Shown here in pieces: positions 1 to 6,973 of a stretch of 64,000 nt of DNA. Below the pieces are notes generated by a model. It did no database searches. It was not told the origin of the DNA and saw only the letters and a program-made list of their open reading frames with translations. Within the stretch, counting starts at the first letter, position 1, and every line of letters starts with the position of its first letter. A program made the position numbers and the translations under genes. This DNA comes from a virus, in the IMG/VR virus record IMGVR_UViG_3300045988_160394, positions 64,001 to 128,000 of that record. The stretch is one strand, 5' to 3'.

Positions 1-125
1 GCAATAAAGCAGAAGGCGAACTTGACTTAAATAATATGACTTTTATAGTGAAAAGTATTGAAAATAATGATATTATTCGTGGCAGAATAGAACAGCATTA
101 TGTTTATATGCAAGAGGAGGAATAA
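1..125 (+). CDS. hypothetical protein, C-terminal part (partial at window edge)
   Basis: Frame 3 is open from the window edge to TAA 123-125. The tail ...IIRGRIEQHYVYM resembles ...ITGRIERHVVE of the next ORF, suggesting a paralogue. Confidence 0.4.
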   Translation, partial: NKAEGELDLNNMTFIVKSIENNDIIRGRIEQHYVYMQEEE

Positions 126-127
126 TC

Positions 128-379
128 ATGGGAAAAGAATATGTATATGTATTAATAGAAGAAAATGATTTAGAAAGTGAAAATTATAGTGAAGTAATAG
201 CTGTAATGAAAGATAAAAAAAAGATAAGAAAAGAATTAAAAGCTAGAGTAGAAGTAGCTAAAAATGATTTAAATTATAAAGAAGATAGAGATGAAATAGA
301 TGTTCAAGAAGATAAATTCTATGTAGAGAATAAAACATCTACTATAACAGGAAGAATAGAGAGACACGTTGTTGAATAG
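128..379 (+). CDS. hypothetical protein
   Basis: ORF track. GGAGG RBS 8 nt upstream of the ATG. TAG stop. Confidence 0.6.
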   Translation: MGKEYVYVLIEENDLESENYSEVIAVMKDKKKIRKELKARVEVAKNDLNYKEDRDEIDVQEDKFYVENKTSTITGRIERHVVE

Positions 380-394
380 AAAGGAAGAGATAAT

Positions 395-934
395 ATGATA
401 ATTAATGAAGTATTTAAAAATGAACAAGAACAATTATTAAATTCTATTGAAAATTTAGCCACTTATAAATGTATAGATAACTTTTTTGATTATATAAGAA
501 AAGATCCAGAAGAAGATGAAGAAGGATATCTTACATTAGAAGGAACTTTTATAACAAAATTAAATAAAGATGTTAATGGCTTTATAAAAGAAATAGCTAA
601 AGATTATTATGACAAATTATCTAAAGAGAAAGTTATTGAAGATTTAATAAAACTTTTAGATGAAGGTTCATCTTCTATAGACTATTGTATTGATTGTGGT
701 GATGGTTCTTATCTAATAGATGATTATTGTACAGAACAAGAAGCCTATCCACTAATAAAGCAATTTATGCTTAAAACATTAAATTCTATTATAAAAGAAA
801 GAAATGAAAAAGATAAGGAAAGAAGAATTAAGGCACTTATCAATACTATTGATTATACTTCAAATAGTATTGAAGACAACAAGAAAAGGTTAAAAGAAGC
901 TCAAGAAGAATTAGAAAAATTAAGAGCTGAATAA
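395..934 (+). CDS. hypothetical protein
   Basis: ORF track. AGGAAGAG RBS. TAA stop. Confidence 0.6.
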   Translation: MIINEVFKNEQEQLLNSIENLATYKCIDNFFDYIRKDPEEDEEGYLTLEGTFITKLNKDVNGFIKEIAKDYYDKLSKEKVIEDLIKLLDEGSSSIDYCIDCGDGSYLIDDYCTEQEAYPLIKQFMLKTLNSIIKERNEKDKERRIKALINTIDYTSNSIEDNKKRLKEAQEELEKLRAE

Positions 935-962
935 AATAATAATTAAAAAGGAGACGATTGAT

Positions 963-1514
963 ATGAAGAATATTTATAGAAACTCAATAGTATTAGGTGA
1001 TTTAGACTATGTTTTATTAAGTTATTTTGATAATATAGATGATAAGATAAGTACTTTAGCTTATAATGATAAATTATTGCCTTTAAGTCAAAGCGATAAT
1101 GGAGCAACAACTATTAATAGCTTACATGTAGTTAATGACTTAATGAAAAGAATACTTAAATTAAAAATAGCTAACAATGGACATTTAGAAAATACTTGTT
1201 TTATAACTATACCTGATAAGTTATGCAAAGCTATACAAAAAGGTTCATATAAAACATGGATAAAGAATAATGGAGTGGCTGGTAATGGTAATAAATTATC
1301 AGAAGTAGAAGTAAAAGAATGGACAGTATTTGCTAATTTATATTCAGAGTTATTTATGGATATAAACTTTAGAAATATAGCACATTATTCTATAAAAGCT
1401 CCTAGATATAATGTTACTTATGTTAATAAACATAAAGAGCTAATAAAGAAGATGAAAGCACATATAAATGCACATAAAGAGCAAGTAATTCATAATTTAA
1501 TAGCTGGAATTTAG
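963..1514 (+). CDS. hypothetical protein
   Basis: ORF track. AAGGAGA RBS. TAG stop. Confidence 0.6.
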   Translation: MKNIYRNSIVLGDLDYVLLSYFDNIDDKISTLAYNDKLLPLSQSDNGATTINSLHVVNDLMKRILKLKIANNGHLENTCFITIPDKLCKAIQKGSYKTWIKNNGVAGNGNKLSEVEVKEWTVFANLYSELFMDINFRNIAHYSIKAPRYNVTYVNKHKELIKKMKAHINAHKEQVIHNLIAGI

Positions 1515-1524
1515 AGGTGGTATT

Positions 1525-1911
1525 ATGATTAAGAATATAGAAAGTCTTCAAAAGATCTTAGAAGAAAGATGGTGCGTACGTAGCATAGAAGAATGTGAAA
1601 AGATATGGCTGAAATATTCTGAAATATATTTAAATGAAAAATGTGGCTATATAAGATCTGATAGAGAATGCTTTGAAGAATCTTTAAATATGGAAGTCAT
1701 TTTAGCTTTAGCAGAAAATTTAGATTTCTTATCTGAATATGCTAAAAACAAAATAAGTCTTCTTAAACAGTTTTCAAATCTTTATGATGATGTAGCAAAA
1801 GATGAAAAAACAAATGAAGATAAAGTAATAAGGTATAAAGAAATAAGCATACTATATTCAGCATTCATAAAAGATATAATAGCCTTAGATGCTTATCATT
1901 ATATACAGTAA
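1525..1911 (+). CDS. hypothetical protein
   Basis: ORF track. GAGGTGG RBS. TAA stop. Confidence 0.6.
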   Translation: MIKNIESLQKILEERWCVRSIEECEKIWLKYSEIYLNEKCGYIRSDRECFEESLNMEVILALAENLDFLSEYAKNKISLLKQFSNLYDDVAKDEKTNEDKVIRYKEISILYSAFIKDIIALDAYHYIQ

Positions 1912-2044
1912 TGAGAAGAGATTTATATGTATGGTATAAGTCGGTATTAGAGAAGCATATATTAAAAATATGTAAAGATATATAAACATTAAATTCTAAG
2001 GGAGGTACTAAATTCCTCCTTTAGAAAAAAATATAAAAAAAGTA

Positions 2045-2073
2045 TTTACAAACATAAATAAATTTGATATATT
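2045..2073 (+). promoter_or_regulatory. sigma70-like promoter upstream of the tRNA array
   Basis: TTTACA (2045-2050), a 17-nt spacer, then TATATT (2068-2073), about 55 nt upstream of the first tRNA. AT-rich DNA yields many chance matches. Confidence 0.4.
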
Positions 2074-2128
2074 ATTTGTGGGACAAGTTTTAACAAATAA
2101 TATCGTAAATAAATATCAAATTTAAATT

Positions 2129-2247
2129 GCGGGTTTCACGTAGTTTGGTTAGCGTTCTGGTCTTCAAAACCAGTGACAGGCACCATGTTCGACATGCTTT
2201 AATGTTTTGGTTATAAGTCTGCGGGGGTTCGAATCCCTCAACCCGTG
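2129..2247 (+). tRNA. suppressor-type tRNA, anticodon UCA (reads UGA), Trp-like, with a ~49-nt insertion between the anticodon and T arms
   Basis: Acceptor GCGGGTT/AACCCGT. D arm ACGT..GCGT with a GG loop. Anticodon arm CTGGT-CTTCAAA-ACCAG, giving anticodon TCA. T arm GGGGG-TTCGAAT-CCCTC. Discriminator G. No encoded CCA. The anticodon arm closely resembles bacterial tRNA-Trp, CCGGU-CUCCAAA-ACCGG. Confidence 0.75.
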
Positions 2248-2317
2248 GTCTCTCATTTAGTAAGCCTCCACGTTGGCGAGAGACGGAAACAAAATTACTA
2301 TTTTGGCTAATTACTAA
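2248..2317 (+). ncRNA. HDV-like (theta-type) self-cleaving ribozyme, copy A, abutting the tRNA(UCA) 3' end
   Basis: Nested double pseudoknot readable by eye.
- P1: GTCTCTC (2248-54) / GAGAGAC (2278-84).
- P2: TTAGTAA (2257-63) / TTACTAA (2311-17).
- P3: GCC/GGC with L3 TCCACGTT.
- P1.1: GG (2285-86) pairs with CC in L3.
- P4: AAAAT-TACT-ATTTT.
- J4/2: GGCTAA with candidate catalytic C 2307.
The core AGCCTCC..TGGCG......GGAAACA parallels the HDV genomic ribozyme, AGCCUCCUCGCUGGCGCCGGCUGGGCAACA. Confidence 0.8.
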
Positions 2318-2339
2318 GAAATCTTTATGGAGGGTTTAT

Positions 2340-2966
2340 ATGGAAGGTTATATTTATAAAATAACTAATAGCTTAAATAATAAATGTTATATAGGCAAAA
2401 CATATAAATCTATCCAACAAAGATGGAAAGAACATTTAAAATCCTGTAAAAAAGGAGAATGTTCTAATAGACCTTTATACAAGGCTATTAATAAATACGG
2501 TGTTGGCAACTTTTCTATAGAAGAATTAGGAAAGTTTGAAGAAGGTATTTTAGAAGAAAAAGAAATATATTATATAGATAAATATGATTCATATAATAAT
2601 GGCTATAACGCTACATTAGGTGGAGATGGGAAAAGATATTTCCAATATACCGATAAAGAAGTTATAGATGAATACCTTAAAACTAAAAACTTAAATATAA
2701 CATCAAAATACTTCAATTGTGATGTAGATACTATAAAAAGAATATTAGAATCTAATAGTATCGAAACATTAACAGCTAAAGAATCTATAAAAAATACTTA
2801 TGGAAGAACAGTATTAAAATATTCTTTAGATGAAGAGTTAATAGCTAAATATGAAACAGTTTCTGACGCAGCTAAAGAATTTGATAAAGGCTCTCCTGGT
2901 TCAATATCAAGATGTTGCAGAGGATTAAGAAAGACATATAAAGGTTTCATATGGAGATATTCTTAG
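2340..2966 (+). CDS. GIY-YIG homing endonuclease (I-TevI-like, free-standing)
   Basis: The N-terminus GYIYKITN...CYIGKT...RWKEH...YNATLGGDG carries the GIY-YIG motifs. GGAGGG RBS. TAG stop. No in-frame TGA. Confidence 0.85.
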   Translation: MEGYIYKITNSLNNKCYIGKTYKSIQQRWKEHLKSCKKGECSNRPLYKAINKYGVGNFSIEELGKFEEGILEEKEIYYIDKYDSYNNGYNATLGGDGKRYFQYTDKEVIDEYLKTKNLNITSKYFNCDVDTIKRILESNSIETLTAKESIKNTYGRTVLKYSLDEELIAKYETVSDAAKEFDKGSPGSISRCCRGLRKTYKGFIWRYS

Positions 2967-3014
2967 TAATAAAGACTTTTTCATACATACATTTCTCATA
3001 ATTGAGTAATATAG

Positions 3015-3040
3015 GTCACAAGTTGAAATATATTTGTGAC
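3015..3040 (+). other. 7-bp hairpin 4 nt upstream of the ribozyme B cleavage site
   Basis: GTCACAA-12 nt-TTGTGAC, followed by TAGC and then ribozyme position G1 (3045). It would form the 3' end of the endonuclease mRNA after cleavage. Confidence 0.5.
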
Positions 3041-3044
3041 TAGC

Positions 3045-3122
3045 GTCTTTCAACTAACAAGCCTCCTCGTGGCGAAAGATGGAAACAGATAGAAGTAAAA
3101 TAATTATCTGGCTAATTGTTAG
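3045..3122 (+). ncRNA. HDV-like (theta-type) self-cleaving ribozyme, copy B
   Basis: - P1: GTCTTTC (3045-51) / GAAAGAT (3074-80), with a G1-U wobble as in HDV.
- P2: CTAACAA (3054-60) / TTGTTAG (3116-22).
- P3: GCC/GGC with L3 TCCTCGT.
- P1.1: GG (3081-82).
- P4: GATA..TATC.
- J4/2: TGGCTAA (C 3112).
The stems differ from copy A only by compensatory changes. Confidence 0.8.
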
Positions 3123-3129
3123 AAAATAT

Positions 3130-3204
3130 TGCGGTATAGCCAAGTGGAAAGGCAGCTGACTTTGACTCAGCTATGCGTAGGTTCAATTCCTACTACCGCT
3201 GCCA
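3130..3204 (+). tRNA. tRNA-Gln (UUG)
   Basis: Cloverleaf with anticodon arm GCTGA-CTTTGAC-TCAGC and T arm GTAGG-TTCAATT-CCTAC. U1/U72, G73, encoded CCA. Confidence 0.8.
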
Positions 3205-3208
3205 ATAA

Positions 3209-3285
3209 TGTGGTGTAGCTCAATCGGTTAGAGCATACGTCTGATAAGCGTAAGGTTACAAGTTCAATTCTTGTCACCACAACCA
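3209..3285 (+). tRNA. tRNA-Ile (GAU)
   Basis: Acceptor TGTGGTG/CACCACA. Anticodon arm TACGT-CTGATAA-GCGTA. T arm ACAAG-TTCAATT-CTTGT. Encoded CCA. Confidence 0.8.
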
Positions 3286-3341
3286 CAACTAGATTAAAAT
3301 ATTCTAGTAAAAATATATGGTGTATATATTTGCGATGTAAA

Positions 3342-3434
3342 TAAGATAAAGCTCAGCCAGGTTAGAGCACATGGGTTATTATGAGGCATTGTAATAATAC
3401 TTTGGAGTCGTGGGTTCAAATCCCACTATCTTAT
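3342..3434 (+). tRNA. tRNA-like gene with an aberrant, elongated anticodon region (pseudo- or non-canonical tRNA)
   Basis: The acceptor TAAGATA/TATCTTA, D arm GCTC-AGCCAGGTTA-GAGC and T arm GTGGG-TTCAAAT-CCCAC are good. There are 41 nt between the D and T arms instead of about 23. That region folds as CATGG..CTTTG plus a TTATTA/TAATAA helix with an 8-10 nt loop containing CAT. Confidence 0.4.
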
Positions 3435-3443
3435 TTATATTAA

Positions 3444-3520
3444 TGCGGTATAGCTTAGTTGGTAAAAGCCCTCGATTCATAACCGAGAGATCACAAGTTC
3501 GAATCTTGTTACCGCAACCA
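3444..3520 (+). tRNA. tRNA with CAU anticodon (elongator Met, or Ile2 if lysidine-modified)
   Basis: Acceptor TGCGGTA/TACCGCA. Anticodon loop TTCATAA. T arm ACAAG-TTCGAAT-CTTGT. Encoded CCA. No initiator features. Confidence 0.8.
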
Positions 3521-3663
3521 TTATATTAAAGGTTGATTCTCCAGCCTGGAGGTGAGAAGTTGATAAAACACTCACTAAACGCCATAAAAGGTAATCACGA
3601 ATGTGAGCGTGTGATTAACTATTTTATATAGTAGAAGAGTCCCTTATCTTCCTCTATTGTTAT

Positions 3664-3738
3664 GGGAATATAGTACAAAGGTTAGTACAATCGGCTGTTA
3701 ACCGATAGATCCTGGTTCGATTCCATGTATTCCCGCCA
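3664..3738 (+). tRNA. tRNA-Asn (GUU)
   Basis: Acceptor GGGAATA/TATTCCC. Anticodon arm ATCGG-CTGTTAA-CCGAT. T loop TTCGATT. Encoded CCA. Confidence 0.8.
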
Positions 3739-3840
3739 TTTACTTACTCTCACATATATCATAAATATATAATTAAATTTTTATTCAACAAAAAGTGTGC
3801 ACTTTATTTAACACAATGACATACTTAAACCCCTGTAATG

Positions 3841-3867
3841 AGAAGTCTCGAAAGAGGCTTCTTTTTA
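3841..3867 (+). terminator. rho-independent terminator closing the tRNA array
   Basis: AGAAGTCTC-GAAA-GAGGCTTCT followed by TTTTT. Confidence 0.7.
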
Positions 3868-3909
3868 TATAGATGGTCTTTTCAAATTAATATAAGGAGA
3901 ATGATTGAT

Positions 3910-4383
3910 ATGAATAATGTTATTGAAATTGATTTAGATAATCTTAATTCAAATGAAAACCAATCATTATTAGAAGTTATTAATAAGCTTAATGATAATG
4001 TTAAGGTTAGATTTAATTTTGATTATGAAGAAATTCTAGACATGTTTTATTTTTATGTTAAAATAAATAATGAGCATGTCCAAGATATAGAATCCTATTC
4101 ATGTATAGATCCAGAGATTACTTTAAAAGAAGATGGTAATATTTATTTTGATTTAGGATTTATAGATGATGAAGAAGATATTTCAGATATTAAGTTTTTA
4201 ATAGCTGAATTTAAACAAATGTTTGGAATAAACTTAAAAAGGCAAGTAAGATTAAAACAGTTATTACAAGTAATGTTTATGAATTGTAATGAATGCATCT
4301 TACAAAATAATTTTGTTTCTGTCAGTTACTATTATGAAAATTATAATAATAGCTGGTTAAAAAAATATATAGAAAATAATTAA
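3910..4383 (+). CDS. hypothetical protein
   Basis: The ORF-track entry 3838.. is trimmed to ATG 3910. This start has an AAGGAGA RBS about 10 nt upstream, and the upstream part of the track ORF overlaps the terminator hairpin. Confidence 0.55.
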   Translation: MNNVIEIDLDNLNSNENQSLLEVINKLNDNVKVRFNFDYEEILDMFYFYVKINNEHVQDIESYSCIDPEITLKEDGNIYFDLGFIDDEEDISDIKFLIAEFKQMFGINLKRQVRLKQLLQVMFMNCNECILQNNFVSVSYYYENYNNSWLKKYIENN

Positions 4384-4406
4384 GATATGATTAGGAGGAA
4401 TTAGAT

Positions 4407-5231
4407 ATGAAAAATGTATGTATCAAATGTGGAAATGAAAACGAAAGAGCTTTCGTAGAAGGAAAATCAGAAGTATTACATGGAGTAACTTATGTTGCTT
4501 GCAAGGCTTGTGGTAACGTAATGCTTAAAATAGAAGGTAGAAAAGGATTATTACCTACACCTGAATATGATTCAATAATAACTAGATTAATGATGGCTGA
4601 CGCAGCTAAAGCTTGTGGATTACCATCTAATGTTGTAGCTATTAATGAAGAAGAATTAGTTAACAAATTCAATGAATATCTTGATTCATTAAAAGAAGAA
4701 AACTTAGAAGATGAATATGAAGATCCATGTGAAGATTGTGATGGTTATGGCGAAGATTGCTATGAGTGTGTATATGGAGATTATGAAGAAGAGGATGAAG
4801 AAGATTCAGATGAAACTATAGATGTAGAAGAAGCTATTTGTGGAGTTATCAACGGAATGATTAAAGCAATAAGATCTTCTTGTGAAGAGAATGAAGAAAA
4901 GACAACTTTAAAAATTAATAAAGACGGCTTTAATGTACAATTTAACGAAGGTAAGCTTAATGCTCCAATAGTATTTGGACCAGTTACAACTCCTGTAATA
5001 GAACCATTTACTTTTGCTAAAAAGCAACAAGCTCAACCAAATACTGTACACAGCACTAAAGAATCTTCTTCTGTATGCTACATGGCTATAACAACTAGTG
5101 GAGAAACTATTGTTAAACATGTAGTTAGTAGAGAATCTTTCTTAGATTACTTAAACAGAAATAGAATTGATGTTAAAGAAATCTATAGATGTGAAAAAGA
5201 AATAGTTAACAAAGAAACTAGATACGTTTAA
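4407..5231 (+). CDS. hypothetical zinc-ribbon protein with an acidic middle region
   Basis: CxxC...CxxC at the N-terminus. AGGAGG RBS. TAA stop. Confidence 0.6.
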   Translation: MKNVCIKCGNENERAFVEGKSEVLHGVTYVACKACGNVMLKIEGRKGLLPTPEYDSIITRLMMADAAKACGLPSNVVAINEEELVNKFNEYLDSLKEENLEDEYEDPCEDCDGYGEDCYECVYGDYEEEDEEDSDETIDVEEAICGVINGMIKAIRSSCEENEEKTTLKINKDGFNVQFNEGKLNAPIVFGPVTTPVIEPFTFAKKQQAQPNTVHSTKESSSVCYMAITTSGETIVKHVVSRESFLDYLNRNRIDVKEIYRCEKEIVNKETRYV

Positions 5232-5254
5232 TAGCTAATTCAATATAATAATAT

Positions 5255-5288
5255 ACACGGGGATTTTAATCTCCGTGTATTATTTTAT
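5255..5288 (+). terminator. rho-independent terminator
   Basis: ACACGGGGA-TTTTA-ATCTCCGTGT followed by a T-rich tract. Confidence 0.6.
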
Positions 5289-5395
5289 TTAAATTTTAAT
5301 AAAAAACAAAACTACTTATTCCCATATATGAAAATATATAGTATACTTAGTTTATAAGTTTTAAAAAAATTAAAAAATAAAAAGGTGAGTGTATT

Positions 5396-6172
5396 ATGGA
5401 TAGTGGAAAAATGTTTTTATGCTATGTACCTAAAAAGCATATTACAGATGCTTTAATAGATCAGGTAGACTGATTAATTGAAAACGAATATAGCAATTAT
5501 AATGATTGCGTTATTATAGATAATATAAGTAAGGGATATAGAATATATCCTAATGATTTAAAAGCTATGATGTCTAGATGTAGTTATAGTGAATTATTAG
5601 ATAATATATATGATAATATAAATAAAAATAAAACATCAATTATTTTAAATGATTTTGATATAGATATAGATGATTTAAAAGATGTTTATTCAGAAATTAT
5701 AAAAGAAAAGAATATAACCATTATTATTTTTAATAGCATTAGAACTGATAATGAAGATAAACTTATGATTAAAATTAAAAAAGATTTAAAAGAATTAAAA
5801 GAAGATAAGTGATCTGAATTAAAATCAGAAATCCTTGAACATATTGATGAATATATGGATAGATTTGATTCAAATAATGAAATTTTTGATCCAGAAGAGG
5901 ATAGTGACGATGAAGGGTTACAAGAATTATTAGATTTAATTAGCAAAGAATTATCAGAAGAATGTGAAGAAGATGAAGAATCTTATAATAGATTTGCTTT
6001 AAAAAGTATTAAAGAAAGTTATACTTATCAAAAGAAACAGGATGTATTATCAGTTTCTTTAACTACTGGTAACGACTTAATATTATCTGATGGAGAAGAA
6101 CAAATATTAATAAAAAATAATATGATTAATCATTTGTTAGAAACAATAGAACATATTAGAGGGAAAAAATAA
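5396..6172 (+). CDS. hypothetical acidic protein (two in-frame TGA codons)
   Basis: ATG 5396 with an AAAGGTGAG RBS. One frame joins an unlisted 5' part to ORFs 5567..5812 and 5855..6172 through TGA 5471-73 and TGA 5810-12. TAA stop. Confidence 0.6.
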
Positions 6173-6196
6173 AGTTCAAGGGGAGAATGCAAAAAT

Positions 6197-6877
6197 ATGA
6201 TTAAAGAAGAATATGGTTATTATGAAGATTTAAAAGAATACAGTAATGAGGCAATAGTAAAAAGAATACAGGAAACAGATGATCCTAGACTATGAGATGA
6301 ATTAGATAAAAGAACTAAAAGAGTATTTAGCTCAGTAATGAGAGATGAAGTTCATCCTTATTATAAAGAAAATATGAGAGATGATATCTTAAGCGTATTA
6401 AGAATAGGGTGAGTAAAAGCTGTTAAGACATATGATGAGTCAAAAGCTACAGCTGAATTTGTTCCTTATTGTAGTTTTATTATGTGACAAAATTATAGAA
6501 TGTTTGCTAGAAGAATTACTAAAGAAAAAGTAGGTAATTCAGTTAGAGACGAACCATTATCATGTGTATCAGCAGATGGTTATTCAGATAATGAAAAGAT
6601 GTCACAAGGTTGTATAGACATAATCATGAAACATGATTGTGAAGAATATAAAGCTATAGAATCAAAAGACTTTGTTAATAGCTTATTAGAAAAACTTAAA
6701 GAACATGATGAAGTTCAATATTTGATTATTAAGAAACATTGTATTGAAGGAATAACTCAAAAAGAGTTAGGACAAACATTACAAATGTCGCAATCATATA
6801 TATCAAGAAATATAAAAAAGGGAATGGCATTCTTAAAACAAGAGTTAATACTTGAAGGACAGAAATTAAAGATGTAA
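6197..6877 (+). CDS. sigma-70 family RNA polymerase sigma factor (three in-frame TGA codons)
   Basis: ATG 6197 with an AGGGGAGA RBS. TGAs lie at 6293, 6410 and 6485. Read-through gives a region-2-like segment, LRIGWVKAVKTYDESKATAEFVPYCSFIMWQNYRMFARR. A region-4 HTH, GITQKELGQTLQMSQSYISRNIKKG, follows. Confidence 0.75.
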
Positions 6878-6898
6878 AATTAAATTAGATAAAATAAA

Positions 6899-6927
6899 GG
6901 AACCAGATTTTATTGCTGGTTCTTTTT
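6899..6927 (+). terminator. rho-independent terminator
   Basis: GGAACCAG-loop-CTGGTTC followed by TTTTT. Confidence 0.65.
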
Positions 6928-6973
6928 ATTGTTTAATTTAAAAGAATATTATTATTTAGGAGGATGATTGAAA

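Noticed and set aside
1960-2030. The hairpin AAGGGAGG..CCTCCTT after ORF 1525..1911 as a terminator.
   Set aside because: It is followed by an A-run rather than a T-run on the plus strand, and no minus-strand gene would use it. I left it unannotated.
2129-2247. Interpreting the UCA-anticodon tRNA as tRNA-Sec (selenocysteine).
   Set aside because: The acceptor/T geometry is a normal 7+5 rather than 8+5, and the D stem is short. The anticodon arm and G73 look like tRNA-Trp. The TGA positions align with conserved Trp residues, and no SECIS-like hairpins follow the TGAs I inspected.
2248-3122. The two ~75-nt repeats as fragments of a group I intron surrounding the GIY-YIG ORF, or as hammerhead or twister ribozymes.
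   Set aside because: There is no interrupted gene whose exons flank them. The hammerhead core CUGAUGA...GAAA and twister-type cores are absent. Every element of the HDV double pseudoknot can be placed, with compensatory changes between the copies.
3838-3909. The 5' extension of ORF 3838..4383 (MRSLERGFFLYRW...).
   Set aside because: These codons are the terminator hairpin of the tRNA array (AGAAGTCTC-GAAA-GAGGCTTCT-TTTTT). The ATG with a proper RBS is at 3910.
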